Positions 37,243 through 49,760 of a stretch of DNA of 64,000 bases are shown here, piece by piece; positions within the stretch are counted from its first letter, which is position 1; each line of letters starts with the position of its first letter. The notes under the pieces are model-generated. The model saw only the letters and a list, made by a program, of their open reading frames with translations. It had not been told where the DNA came from and did not search any database. The position numbers and the translations under genes were made by a program. Source of the DNA: Marsupella aquatica. Lineage: Eukaryota > Plantae > Marchantiophyta. The stretch spans positions 11,063,135-11,127,134 of the forward strand of contig OZ316899.1 in assembly GCA_973895155.1 (NCBI GenBank). Direction: 5' to 3'.

Positions 37243-40200
37243 ATGTCTCAGTCAATCGTAGTTACCTGTATGTCCACCGGTGACATTGTTTCCATTCCAG
37301 TGTCTGTGGCCGAAAGGTACAGGCAAGTAAGTGAGGTTTATCTTTGTGGAAGGTTTGATTTGTGCATGAATGACATAGAGGCAATCATTCAGGAGGGAAC
37401 GGAAGCCAATGACTTTGAATCTATCACATTTTTTGATGTCGATGATGGGGTGAGATTCTAGCACCTTAATATTGGGTTGCACTGCTCCATTGTCGTTCAG
37501 GAACCAAATCAAGGAGATCACCAATCCCCATAGAGGGATCCGGTGGATGTAGTTACTCTTTTCGATAGTGATGATGAGGAGCCACCAAGGATCCCCCTTG
37601 TGGAGCCTTTGGCGCCTGACGTGGTCTTGGTCAAAGAGGAGATGCCATCGTCGCAATCCCACATTGTCTATCGGAGAAGTGCAATGGACGCGTTGCTCAA
37701 GTCAACTGGGTCCAGCGAACTTTCGAGGTTCATTGCGGTTGGAAACTTTTGGCATGAACAAGTACCTTGTTTGCCTCCGAAGTACAATGGTAACATAGTG
37801 TTTGAATTGCCTCCATTGTCGGGAATTCTTTCAAAAGGATCCCGTCTATGGGACATGGATCGAACCAAGGATTGCTACATCTGGACAAGAATATTTCCTA
37901 CCACTGCAAATGTGCAGCCCAAGAAATACTGGGAATTTGGTAAAGTTACTTGTACTGGATTTATTGAGTGCAGGAATAAAACTTGTGACTACTTCCGTCG
38001 AAAGAAGAGGAGGAATGCCAAGGCCTGGGCTGGTACCCCAAAACTTGGAGGCTCTCATCGTGTTGGATCATTCATTGAGCAGGGTGGAGTTGCTTGTCAT
38101 TATTTCCAGCAGATCCCTTTTTGTGTAGAGGCATGCTCTGCAAGACTGTTTTATATGTATCCTCAAGTTCTGCTTGACTCAGATACCTATAGTCACATGT
38201 CTTGCCTTGCGATTCATATGGGTACCCACAACCATCCTTGTCGCAAGGTATTTTCTCGGAGTGCAGAAAAGGTAGTTGAAGATGTCATAAAAAAGAAATT
38301 GGAAGGTAATCCAACTTGGACGCCTGCCAGGATTAAAAATGTAGCGACAAGATCTTTTGTATAGTATTTGTGTGAGAGCCTGGGTGAGATTGAAGATATT
38401 GAAGAAACAGAAATTTTTCAGTCTCTAATGGTAGTTTCTACTCCACAGAAATTTGCATCTCTTTTCAGGAGTGTTAGGCAGGACCAGAAAGGCCGTGGAG
38501 AGTTGGATTTTCTTGTTCAATATCAAAAGAATATCAACATGCCTTTTCTACAAAGGTACATCCTTCCAGGTCAAGGATCTCAAGAAGACAGACCTCACAT
38601 ATTTAAGATGACTTCCAAAGGCCACGGGTCTGGGGTGGAAAATGCAACCTAAAGGGAGTCTTGAAGGTACCTGGGTAAGCTTCGATGTCATGAAATGAAT
38701 GACCAAGGATTGGGTGACTTTCATCGCACACGTTTACGATCACAATTACTACACATTGTGTACAATATTTACTTGCGAGCTAAAAGCTGAAGACACAGTG
38801 TCCTTCGAGAAGGCTTGGAGATAATGATTGAGGTTTCCAAAGAGAATAGGTTAGATGATCCAACAATTCATGGCTTTATGGCAGACAATGCCCAAGCCGG
38901 ATGGTTAGCAGTCTGGAATGTTTTTTTGGAGGGCACCCAAACCCTGAACGGGAGAGGACTGACGCTTTTCATTTTTACCAAGCTTTTCATTGCCATTCTG
39001 TTGAAGGAGTGTTGGAAGAGAAGCAGACTGAACATCGAATGCTATGGGATAAATTACGGAATGCACCTACATTTGTGGAGGCTTACCAACTTTTATGAGA
39101 GATTGACCTATGGTGGCAGTCGAATAACTGCTTCCTTGGAAAGCTTCGAATGCTTCAGAGTTGGATATCGTGGTGGGTTGTGCGTTGGAGGCAGTGGGGA
39201 AATTTTATTTGCTTGGTGAGTATTAGCGCCTGGCGCTAGTAATATGCAAGTCAGTTTCCTTTGTAGAAGTACAATTTTCAGATGACATTCCTCAACATTC
39301 CATCCAAAGAATCCAAATAATGTAATTGATTCTCAAATATTGACCTATTTATTTTGATAAACATGTGATTACATAATAATATTGATGGTTTTGTTGAAAT
39401 TTTCTGCTTAGCGCCTGGCGCTAGTATCTTTTGCGGATGCTTACTAGTGTTTATACTTTGTCGTTCCAAGACAAAAGTGCTGAAGAAGGTGCTAGGATTC
39501 CTAACTGTACAGGGTCAGAGTCAGTTCACGTAGGAATGAAAGCATGGGTAATGAAAAGAAAAGTTGGGCTCTTCAAGGCATGTGAAATGGATCAGAATCA
39601 AGCTATATCTCAAGTTGCAGCATATACCGCATATCGGAAAGGATTGAGTAGAGGAAGAGGTCCAACAATATGGGAAGTGGCTTTCCACTCAGCTGATCAG
39701 GCAAGTTCCCCAAAGCTGTTCAAGGATGCGATGAACATGCTCCTCTCCAATGCTGCTGAGTTTGACTTGGAGAGAAGCGTTCCTCTCAACGGAGATGTTT
39801 TAACAAAGTCTGTCAAGAGGAAAGGACTTGCAACTGGGATTATCTCGCCACAAGACTCCCATCGGCATGATAAAGTCCTTATCACATCGCCAAATATCAG
39901 ATCACTCAAGCGTAAAAATCTGCACCACACAATGTTTTCTTCCGAGTTGGAAGAAAAACCTGATGACATTTCCGTTGTCAATCTGTCAGGAAGTGATGAT
40001 TCAAGGGATGCAAAACGTGATGATTTCAGGACACCGCAAGGACGACATCAATCATGTTCAACACAATACCCACAAAGCGCTCCCACTGTACTTCAGCAGA
40101 CATCGCTCGAATCTCCAGTTCTTGAAACATAAGTCATGCAGGGTGCATGGCATCTGCGTCGAACATCAAAATTTAGGGCGGGTCCACATTGCAACGCATC

Positions 40201-40996
40201 ATTTGGCGATAGTTCCAAGAGAGATGAGTGTTGAAATAGAGTGAAGAAATTTGGGTTCCCCTCATCAAACGGTGTGATCGGCATTGTTGTCAAAGGACAA
40301 CACATGTTCAGGGGGGAACCCATAGCCAAAATGATATGGTTCTGCCCAAACAACACATGTTATCGGAGCCGTCCCCGCCGTGGTGTAGTGAACCTGCCCT
40401 CCTTTCTTGATGTTCTTCCTGTTATAAACGGAACAAATGTTTTGGAAGCTGAGATGAAGTATCTTGTTGACCAGGGAGTACCTATAGCCCAAGGAAGAGA
40501 CGGTCCTCTACCTCCACCATCACTTTTCAAGCTTCAAATCAACGTCAACTTTTTCTCTAGAGAGAGTCAATCTTCTGGAACCCATTGTTTGTCTCCGGAG
40601 TCGGAATGGAAAGAACACGGTTCCTGATTGACCTTGACCCATGGTCACATGAAGAGGATTGAATCTGCACAAAAAGAGACCATGTCCGTCAAGGGACAAT
40701 AGGATGTTTCTATTGGGAACTCATGGGGGAAGCAATTCAAAGTACAAACACATGAGAATCTAAGGACGCCAAATAGTTACTTTGTGCAAATTTGTATTTT
40801 CCCGACTTGTTCGTGTGAGGATTTCTATTGTCGACATTCTCGTAGACAGCCATATATGCCTTGCAACCATTTGTACTAGGTTTTCCAGACCGTTTTCAAA
40901 CTAGACGTTGAGGAATCTACTTTGACCAGCCAACCAATTCTCACAGTTGGAGAAGTCTGACTGATCTTGGAGAGGGAAAATGCTCACGGTTTATAG
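37243..40996 (+). pseudogene. MULE transposase with GCM-like DNA-binding domain, DDE core and SWIM zinc finger; decayed
   Basis: TCTGFIECRNKTC...C..C.ARL...IHMGTHNHPC (GCM-like); WVSFDV, GFMADNAQAGWLAVWNVF, ERTDAFHFYQ, TGSESVH (D, D, CxxH-like, E); PTCSCEDF...PCNHLY SWIM at about 40800-40875; intron starting 39216. Confidence 0.85.
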
Positions 40997-41668
40997 AGAA
41001 GGATATAGTTGTCCTATACTCGAAACAGTTATATTGGTTTTTGTCGTATTACAACGGTATAGTTTTATGTTAGCGCCTAGCGCTGGGATGGAAGTCTTCC
41101 TTATTATCATTTACTTCATTGTAATCTTATCACTGGAAATGATATTTTAAATTTTTGTTTCCCACATTGTGCATTCATTCAATGTCATTTTTTAAATGTG
41201 TTGTTTGTTTCCATTTTAGCTAGCGCCAGGTGCTAGTCCATCATTTGTGGTCTTTCAAATTGTCCAAAGTTTTCATTCGTGGTTTTCTGCCTTATTATTT
41301 GCCTATAATATTATGTTACTTATGGTGGGACCTACCATGTCAATGTTTTTTCCTATGGCATTCACTGGTAAATATTTGTGTGTCTGATTTTTGGGACACT
41401 ATTTTCCAGAAGTATGTTGGTGATTCCAGACTCACTTATCATCAGACAAAAATTGTTGCCATGTTAGTTGGTTCTAGGCTCTAGAATATAAATGAAGCGC
41501 AGCCAATGAATATTGCTTATTTTCAGATGTATCTGGTTTGAAGTAATGAAGTATTATCATGTTCCAATGACTTACTTTTCCTGGTAACAACAACATATTC
41601 CTGATAACAACAACATTTTCTGTTACCAGAATTCTTGTTTCTTTTTTCCTATCTCGGTGGCTATACTC

Positions 41669-42293
41669 GCCTGATCTAGCCCTAGCAATGGGCAAAGTGA
41701 GTAGATTCATGTCAAATCCAGGGAAGGTACATTGGGAGGTTGTGAAATGGATTCTCAGGTATCTTAAGGGCACAATAGACTATGGTCTGTTGTTTGAAAG
41801 TAGATAAAATAAAACCAAATCTTTGGTTGGCTATGTAGATTCTGACTACAGAGGCTGTCTGAAAACAAGGAGGTCAACAACTGGATATGTGTTTACTCTT
41901 GGAGGAGGATGCATAAGTTGGAGGTCTACCTTGTAAAAGTGTATATCTCAGTCTACTATAGAAGCAGAGTATGTTGCAGCAGCAGAAGTAGCAAAGGAGG
42001 CAATTTGGTTGGATAGGTTGGTCACTTAAATGGGATTGGAGCACGAAAAAACGGCTCTTCATTGTGACAGCCAGAGTGCGCTTTACTTAGCTATTAACCA
42101 GGTCATGGATAGCAGGGTGAAGCACATTGACATCAGGTGCCATTTTATTAGGCAAGCAGTGTCTGATAAAATGTTTGAGCTAGTCAAGATTGATGGAAAG
42201 CTCAACCCGACTGATGCTTTTATCAAAGTGATTCCTTTGGAGAGTTACTCAAGACATCGTGCTACTTTGCAAGTTTTGCATTTGAAGCACTAG
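41669..42293 (+). pseudogene. Copia RT C-terminus and RNase H
   Basis: PDLALAMGKVSRFMSNPG..HWEVVKWILRYLKG; GYVDSD...RRSTTGYVF; STIEAEY; CDSQSAL...VKHIDIR. Confidence 0.92.
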
Positions 42294-42450
42294 TAGAGTA
42301 ACTTAACAATATGTAATTTCTGTATATGGGTTACTCAATCCTGTTATGGTCATGGCTTAATTCTAGTTAACCCTTAGTTAACCTATGGTTTTTGGTGATT
42401 ATCCAGAATTTCCTGTTGAGTATCTCATATGGATAACAGAAACTAGAGTC

Positions 42451-42459
42451 AAGGGGAAG
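42451..42459 (+). promoter_or_regulatory. Polypurine tract of Copia
   Basis: AAGGGGAAG immediately before the 3' LTR. Confidence 0.85.
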
Positions 42460-42461
42460 TT

Positions 42462-43123
42462 TGTTAAGGATTGCTCTTAGTCTTGTGACTCATAGGTTAT
42501 GGCAATTAGGCTAACCACAGTTCGGGACTTAGCTGAGATTAGGTTAGTTGTGTGTGACCTTGCATATACCAGGGCTAGTGTAAGCCACTGGTGTGAGGAT
42601 GCATGCTCATTGTAATGAAGTGGCTTGAGAGAGAGAGTGAGCTCATGTATGGAGACTACTCTTGAAGTAAAGCTTTCATGTTTGTGTGGACGTAGCTTTG
42701 GAGACAAGGGGGCATCACCACCGAGATAGGAAACAGGAAAACAAGAATACTGGTACCAGCAAAAAGTTTCCTGTTACCAGGAAAATTTTACTATTACCAG
42801 TAAAAAACACAATCTAAAAATGTACCATTTAAAGTCTTATTTTTCAAAATAATTAAAATCATGGGTTTTTTTTGCGAGCGCCAAGCGCTGCTATTGTTAG
42901 CTCCGGGCGCTAGCAATATGATGATGACAAACCAAAACAAAAAAAACTTTTTTCCCCCAAAAAACATTTTCCAAAAAAAATCCAAAAAAAAATCCAAAAA
43001 AATTACCACCCACTTTCCTGTTACCTGTAACTATTTCCTGTTACTGTTTCCTGTTTCCTGTCGTTTGTAAATACCCCGAGACAAGGTGAACCACATATTG
43101 GATTGTGTCAACTATGTGTGCAT
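42462..43123 (+). repeat. Copia 3' LTR, split by a MITE and truncated at 43123
   Basis: Matches the 5' LTR over 42462-42708 and 43078-43123, then diverges abruptly. Confidence 0.9.
42709..43077 (-). mobile_element. 369-bp non-autonomous MULE derivative (MITE)
   Basis: Perfect 8-bp TSD gagacaag (42701-42708, 43078-43085); GGGG...CCCC ends; the left end matches the reverse complement of the large MULE's right end (ccaccgagataggaaa..ggaaa.caagaa..ctggta); two degenerate copies of the 15-bp palindrome. Confidence 0.9.
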
Positions 43124-43671
43124 AACCTCCATTTCGACAATACCAGGCTATTCATAAAATTCCAGTATTTCCTAAATATATTTAACAGAATTATCTAATT
43201 AAATTAATTAATTAATATTAACTCTAATTAAGTCTAATAAAGTCCTTTGCAACATAAATCACCATCCATAAGAATTTCATACTTAAAATACCTCTCTTGA
43301 CACAACATTCAAGAGGATAATAGACCATCATTAATCCTTAGTTTAGTCTGTATTAATTTGCATCATTAATTATAAAACAATACTTGTATGAGAGACAAAG
43401 AGTAGACATTATAAAGTCACACTTGCCTCCAAAGGCATAGTGAGAGTAGTACTACACTACAGTTTTGAACATGTAGTGAAGGTTAATAATTATTCATAAT
43501 TGTTCATAATAATTTATTTGAAATAAAGAGCCACATATATATTAACGTACTACGGACCAGTAACTAAGCCACCACTGACTAAGCACTCATTTTCCTTAGC
43601 TAGATTGTCTTTGAAACTTAACTCAATGTTTACAATTATTTATCACATGTGTCTACTCATCAGATATGCTA

Positions 43672-46600
43672 TCAATCTTGGTCAAAAGTGTTTGCCTCTA
43701 CATCTATACATCTCTCAAGATTATCTTGTGCTTTGATGACAACAGATTTTGGAATTGAAACCAAACTATTCTTACTATTTTGGGCCTTGTAGCACCACAA
43801 CATAGTATTCACACTTATTTTTTGTGGGGATGGATACCCTCGTTCATCGCGTTCCCATTTCTTACTCCAACAGTTTTTCCATCTTTCTCTTTGTCCAACA
43901 TCGCTCTTCACCATATAAGGCCGAAACCATTCCACAAAACACACATGTTCCAGCTTGTTTTCAGCATTCAAGTCTCCTTCTTCCACATCACTCATTACTC
44001 TTCCCAAATGAACAGGGTAATTGTTTTCGTCCTCTGATGCTGGTCGTTGTAGGATAAACTGCCCCTTCACAATATCTACCCTTGGTTGAAAGGCTTCATG
44101 AGGCTTGTTCTTCACTGGTCCAACGTAGTCTTCCTTTGCATCCAGTTCACATGCAACATTCCTAAAAGCTGTAGAGACATTATCTCTCCAATTTGTCCTT
44201 GGCCAAAATCCATCCTTCAATTCTATTCCATCTTCAACTCGATATTGCACAACCTCTGTTTCTAGCGTTGCTAGCACGCTCTTCCAGTATTCAATGAGAT
44301 CATCCCAAGATTCTTTCAAAGTATTTGTCGCACTTCTATCTCTAATCAATTCAAAGAACTTCAAATGCTTTTGTATCCCTTGTCGCACATCAGCCAACAT
44401 TTTTATCTCAGTCATAGGTAGTCTCTTTGGCACTCCAGTTGGAAGGTTTGGACAACCATCTTTCGTCCATGACCATATTTCAATGCCGTCATTGGGCAGC
44501 CAAGGTACATCATCGTTTGACTTTAGCTTGTATTGAAAGCATGGCATCCCATCATGTCTAACATAGAAACGGAACAGATGCAGTTTTCCGTGTCCCACCA
44601 ATGAATCAGGTCCTGACAAAAGAAATGGCTCAACATACGATTTAAAGTCTGGTACCTCTTGAACAAAATGTGGAACTGGACTTGGTGTTCTTGCCTTCAT
44701 GAACAAGGTCATCAAATCTGGTAATGTCCAAGTCGGATTATGCATCAAAGATTCCGATAAATTTCCAAACATTGCGTCGACATCTTCATGTGTGTGACCA
44801 ACCATAAGAAATCCAAGTTGAACCTCCTCAAAAACTTGGTTTGCGATTTAAAAGTGACAAATAAGCCATGACCAGCGGTTTTTGTTATCGCTTGGGGCAT
44901 TGTCAAGCTGGAGTTTTAAAGTCCGTGGGAGAGATCTGTAACAGTCAGCTCGCGGTTGCAAAGTTGAAACCCCTGTATAATCAGCAAACAAAGCATGTTA
45001 GAATATTCAATCGCTAAAACACACAAGTTGCATCTTAAAAATACAAGGATTAAAACAACTGTGGAACACCGTGCCGCAATGGTAAAATAAACTCTTCCTC
45101 CAAGGTAAATGTTTCTATTCAAAAACTTTTGGTATCAAACAAAATAGTAGAATGTACGGGACTAGAGAAATGTACCTTGGTCGGCAATAAAAGTTGTATC
45201 TTCCAAAAATGCTTTCTGAACATCATCCTTCAAGACATCTTTCCTTCCATATAAAATGTTACCAAACACGTTTGTTGAATCAGGTCCCTCTAGAAGCGAA
45301 TTGATCATGGGTTCTGGATTTTCTAGCATCCTTAGAATTGTTTCAATGGAACCTATACTTGAGTTTGAATCCGATGGCCAACATGCCAAATTATACTGTG
45401 CGACAGCTTTTGGGCCATAGCCATGAGTCAAAATCCCTATGACTGTGATAGGAAGTCGTAGTGCGCCGTCACAATCTTTGGAAAGCCATGGCATTTTGGG
45501 GAGAGCAGTTTTACAGTGGTCCATTTTGTCATGGATTATGCATATTGACTCCTTTGGATGAGCAACAGAGTGTGACCTCCAAGCATGATACAAAAGCCTC
45601 CCTTGAGTGTGATCTTCATGATGCTCTCTTTCATCCCGCCTGAACAGGTCCAATTCCTCTTTGGCTCCTGAAAGACGAGCCTTTCGTTGCTGCAATTCAC
45701 TGCAAGTATTACATTTAGAGAAATTATTCCCCTTCTTGTGAATCACTATCTCCTTAAAGTATTTCTGGTGAAGAAAACTCATTGTTGGTTGAGAAATGTA
45801 TCCCAGACCAAGTGAAATATTTATACTGTTTACTCTCTCCCTCACAGTCTCCCAAGTATCACTTGTAGGCAACTCCCTAAGGACAACTCTAGAGTTGTCT
45901 GTCATTGTTCGGAGCAACTCTAGAGTTGTCTGTCATTGTTCGGAGCTTTGCTGGATGATTATCAACACTCTCATCAATAATCATCCTCAAAGACATCAAT
46001 GATTGAGATACTCTCTCGCTCATTCGTTTCTTTCCCTGATTTCCATGTTCGGAGATCTTTAATCCCGCCCTGACATGTTTCTTCATCATATCAAATTGGG
46101 TCTTCTTCTTGGCATGTAATATCTTCCATGCCTCGAGACAAATGCAAACTCCCTCAATCCCCAACATCTTCTCACCCTCTACTGTGTCGAGTGCATTTTG
46201 TATCGCCAAGATCTCTTCCTCTTTCCTTTCTCAAAAGGATTTTGAAAAATATCTTTCCCCGATTCTTAGGGCAAGATCACGGTCAAAGAACTGACAACAT
46301 TTCCTAGTACAACAATTATTTGTACTTATGAGTTGGATATGTTCCAATGTGAGAGCCTTCTCCTTCTTGGATAGATCTTTTCTTGGTTTCTTCCGGGATC
46401 TAAGTTTAGTAACATAGGATCTTTTTCCACTTGCGGCATCTTTCAAATCCACCGCCTGATTCAAAAAATGGTACATCAAACTTTTCCCACCGGGAGCAAG
46501 TAATCTCTCGATCGACCATGGAACAAGGCAATCCCTATATCTCAAATGGTCTCTTGTCGCTCCGTCAACAAATTCGGTAATCAAAATTCCTACATGTGTA

Positions 46601-47112
46601 TCACCGAGAAGAATCCCTTGTAGTACTGAGTCTGGATTAATTGCACTGACCATAGCAATAGAAAAGTTTACATTCTCTTCATCAATAACTTTCACCATCA
46701 ATTGCATCTAGACATTCTTTTGGATGACAACTGTCTCCTCTCCACCTTCCTCATTTCCTTTGAAATCTTCATGGTTCCCTTCATCAGCATCACTATCTTC
46801 TGCATCACCAACAACTTCAACTACCTCCGGCTCCTCTGAATATGAAGGTAATAGGAAGGACTTATCCCACTTCATGTATGAACCAACACTATATTCTTGA
46901 ATCTCCAACTCGTCTTCAAATATCATCTTTTGAATCTTTATGAGAGCTCGATCAGTCCCGAGAGGAGCATTACCAACTCTTAACCTTGGATCAACACTTA
47001 CAATCACACCTTCTGCCACAAGGGAGTCCTCAACCAGCAAACCAACAGTAACTCCAGGGACAATCCAATTTTTGATGTCACCATGGTTTCCTGCATGAAT
47101 CACACCACCCAT
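43672..47112 (-). pseudogene. Sola-like DDD transposase (DUF7869-like), decayed
   Basis: CCTRKCC, FSKCNTC, IIHDKMDH, QLDNAPSDNKNRW, FLMVGHTHEDVDAMFG in order; intron about 45174-44974; stop at 46708-46710; frameshift from a 31-bp duplication at 45884-45945. Confidence 0.75.
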
Positions 47113-47199
47113 GAGTCAAAGTCCAAGTTCCCTCATCTCTCTTAAACTATATCTAAAAAATGTAATTTATTTTCCCTTGATTAACGTTCTCCACTAGTT

Positions 47200-47892
47200 T
47201 AATATCTAATACTTTCTATTCATCTGATGACACTTTCTTAATAAAAATAGATCAATCCTTATGGTTAAATGTGTGGCAATAATATTTGCGGAACATGGTT
47301 CCGCAACTTAATTAAGTAACCCTGCCGTCGTTTGTGATATTTTAACATCTAATACTTTCTTTCCATTCATCCGATCACACTTTCTAAATACGAATAGAAC
47401 AAATCCTTCTCGTGATGTGTGGAAACAATATTCTGTTGCGGAACATTGTTCCACAACTTAACTAAGTAACCCTAGACCGTTCCCGCTAGGTGAACATCTA
47501 ATACTTTCCATTCATCCGATGACACTTTCTATGACTAAACATGACCCTTTCGGAAAACTGTTCCAAAACTCAAGTAACCCTGGTACAGTGTTCTTTCGAT
47601 AGATAGTTCTATAATTTCTTTAAGCTAGGTTGATGGGCACAACCCTATTCCTTCATAAACATGTATCCATTAACTCTACATAGAAGTTTTTTCTAGGTAA
47701 TAATGGTAAGTAAGAAACATACTCCTCATTGGTTGCGGAACGATGTCCCGCAAGGGAGGCCATCGTGATCCAATATTAGTTTCAAATCTAAGTCATTCGG
47801 AAAGTACTTTCAGATCTCAATTGTCTTTGTGTAAACCTTTATCAGATGTGTTTCAGACCCTAAACTTGTATCCACGGAACTGTGTTCCGCAA
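47200..47892. repeat. Three degenerate ~145-bp units plus palindromes TTGCGGAAC-N3-GTTCCGCAA upstream of the Sola-like transposase
   Basis: Palindrome copies at 47286-47306 (perfect), 47436-47456, 47733-47753, 47872-47892. Confidence 0.75.
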
Positions 47893-49760
47893 CTTACCCA
47901 ACTTCTTTAAAATTTCAAAATCAAAGACCAATTGACACGTCATTGTAATATTGGCATATCTTAAGTGAAGTAGTCATTTATTTAAGTGAGATATTGCAAG
48001 AACCTGTCCATAACAAGGAATTTTTTTGTCATATAGTCATCCACTTGAAGAGGACATTTTAGATCACTCCTTTAAGGATTTTAGTATGAAACTATTTGAG
48101 TAAGCTTCTAAGTGTAATCAAAATATTCCTTATTTCATTTTTAAGTATAAATTTATGAATTTGATGCATGGAGGGTCTTAATGTTAGTTTAATGCTATTA
48201 TGTTCAAATAGACAATTATTTTCTGTTAAAATGACAGAAATCTTCAACCTAAACTAAGTTATCAAGTTCAAATTATCCATAGTTTCTCTAGTTTTTAGAA
48301 TATGACAGTTTCTTCTTGAAATAACAAGTGCATTCTTCCTCTTGATCACATACATTTGAGATATGTCATTAGACTCAGATATTTAAGATTGAAGATAGTT
48401 TCATGTTTCAATTTCTCTTTATAGATGCATATAATTCAAATGAACTTGAATTGATGTTAATGACATATTCTTATCTTCCCTTACTTAGGGTTCACTTCAA
48501 ATAGATGCGTTCCTTCCAATAAATGAGTGTTTCCTAGTTCTGCATCTAGTGTTTCCTCTTCTATGTCATTTTGTCAGTAGGAACAGGGTAGAAACACTTG
48601 AACCCAACAAGTCTTCAACATGTTTTAAAAGCAGAATGGATCGGACATACCTCTGCTTTGAGAGACTGAGACAAGTTCGTTGTCCACGTACTTGTCCAAA
48701 CCCCTAATCCTAGGAAGTGAATTCTGTCAATCAGAACTCACTCCAAGATATGGCGCTGTCCCATCCAACTTGATCCCGCTCTAGCATCAACCATAGCCAC
48801 TCCTCCCGACGAGCTCTTCCGTCCGCCTCGTCACATTCAAGGAATTGTCGAACAAAGAATGCACCCAAGAATGAATCCCACCACACTAGTCTGAGACGAT
48901 ACTGAATAGATAGAGAAACGGGGGACTCACAGGTCCTGAAGCAGAACATTGTTTTGGGGGGAAATTTGAAATTTGAATTGAAAGGCAGAGATCTGCTTAT
49001 CTTTATGATCAATTGTACATGAAATTTCCAAGAACTTCCTCGGAAAATGGTGGGACGTGACAGATTGTTGGAAGTTCCACCATTTTCCGAGGAAGTCGTG
49101 TTCGGCTTGCATTACACCAGTTTAAAAACCGTATAAACTCCACACATCTTAAAATCATATCTTAAACTAATCGATACTATTTGAGAAAAAATAAAAGTAT
49201 TTGCAAATAATTAAAATTCAACTTTATTAAATTCAAATAATCAAATCTTCTTAATGAAATACTCCAAGTTAGGGGAAAATAAGGGTATTCTTTATTTAAA
49301 TGTATCTTTGTAAAATTGATAATCAAACCTGCATTCTGAAGTGATAAGGGTGTTAACAGATTCAATATACATCATAATTAGATGCTTTGCTTATGGAATG
49401 CAAGTTGGAAGGGTGGAGCCTAAGGGTTTGGAAGCATTGGTGATTAGGGTGTACAACGACAAAGGGATAAGAAGGGCTCGGGGGGTCACTTACATAACTT
49501 TTGACATCATGATGGGAAAATGAAGTAAGGGGTGTTTTATTTCTTTTAATAGGGAAGTACTTAGAAGTGGTGGCAATAGAAGCAAGGGTAGTAAAAATAG
49601 GTTGAATCAATTTAGAAGCTCACAAAGGGGCTATTTCATTACTGTACAAGGATTTAAAAAGGGTAGAAAAAGATTGTTATGCCACATGTCATAATTCTAG
49701 GGGTCTAATTTAATTTAGATAAATCTATTTATAAAATACAAAACTATGAGGCATAGAGGA

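Larger units (their letters stand above)
20038..41668 (+). mobile_element. Mutator-like (MULE) DNA transposon, 21.6 kb including the nested CACTA
   Basis: Inserted at Copia RT codons TRPDL; 8-bp TSD gcttgatc (20030-20037) / gcctgatc (41669-41676); GAG...CTC termini with imperfect AGGAAA-rich TIRs; both ends match the MITE at 42709-43077; encodes a MULE transposase. Confidence 0.88.
16272..43123 (+). mobile_element. Ty1/Copia LTR retrotransposon, decayed, gag largely deleted, interrupted by nested insertions
   Basis: 5' LTR 16272-16603, PBS, protease/GAG-pre/integrase/RT 16995-20037; RT end and RNase H resume at 41669 (TRPDLALAMGKVSRFMSNPG); PPT; 3' LTR from 42462. Confidence 0.93.
43124..49760 (-). 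mobile_element. Sola-like DNA transposon (GHTHED-type transposase); right boundary unknown
   Basis: Begins where the Copia LTR match ends; contains the transposase and upstream palindromic repeats; far terminus not found. Confidence 0.55.
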
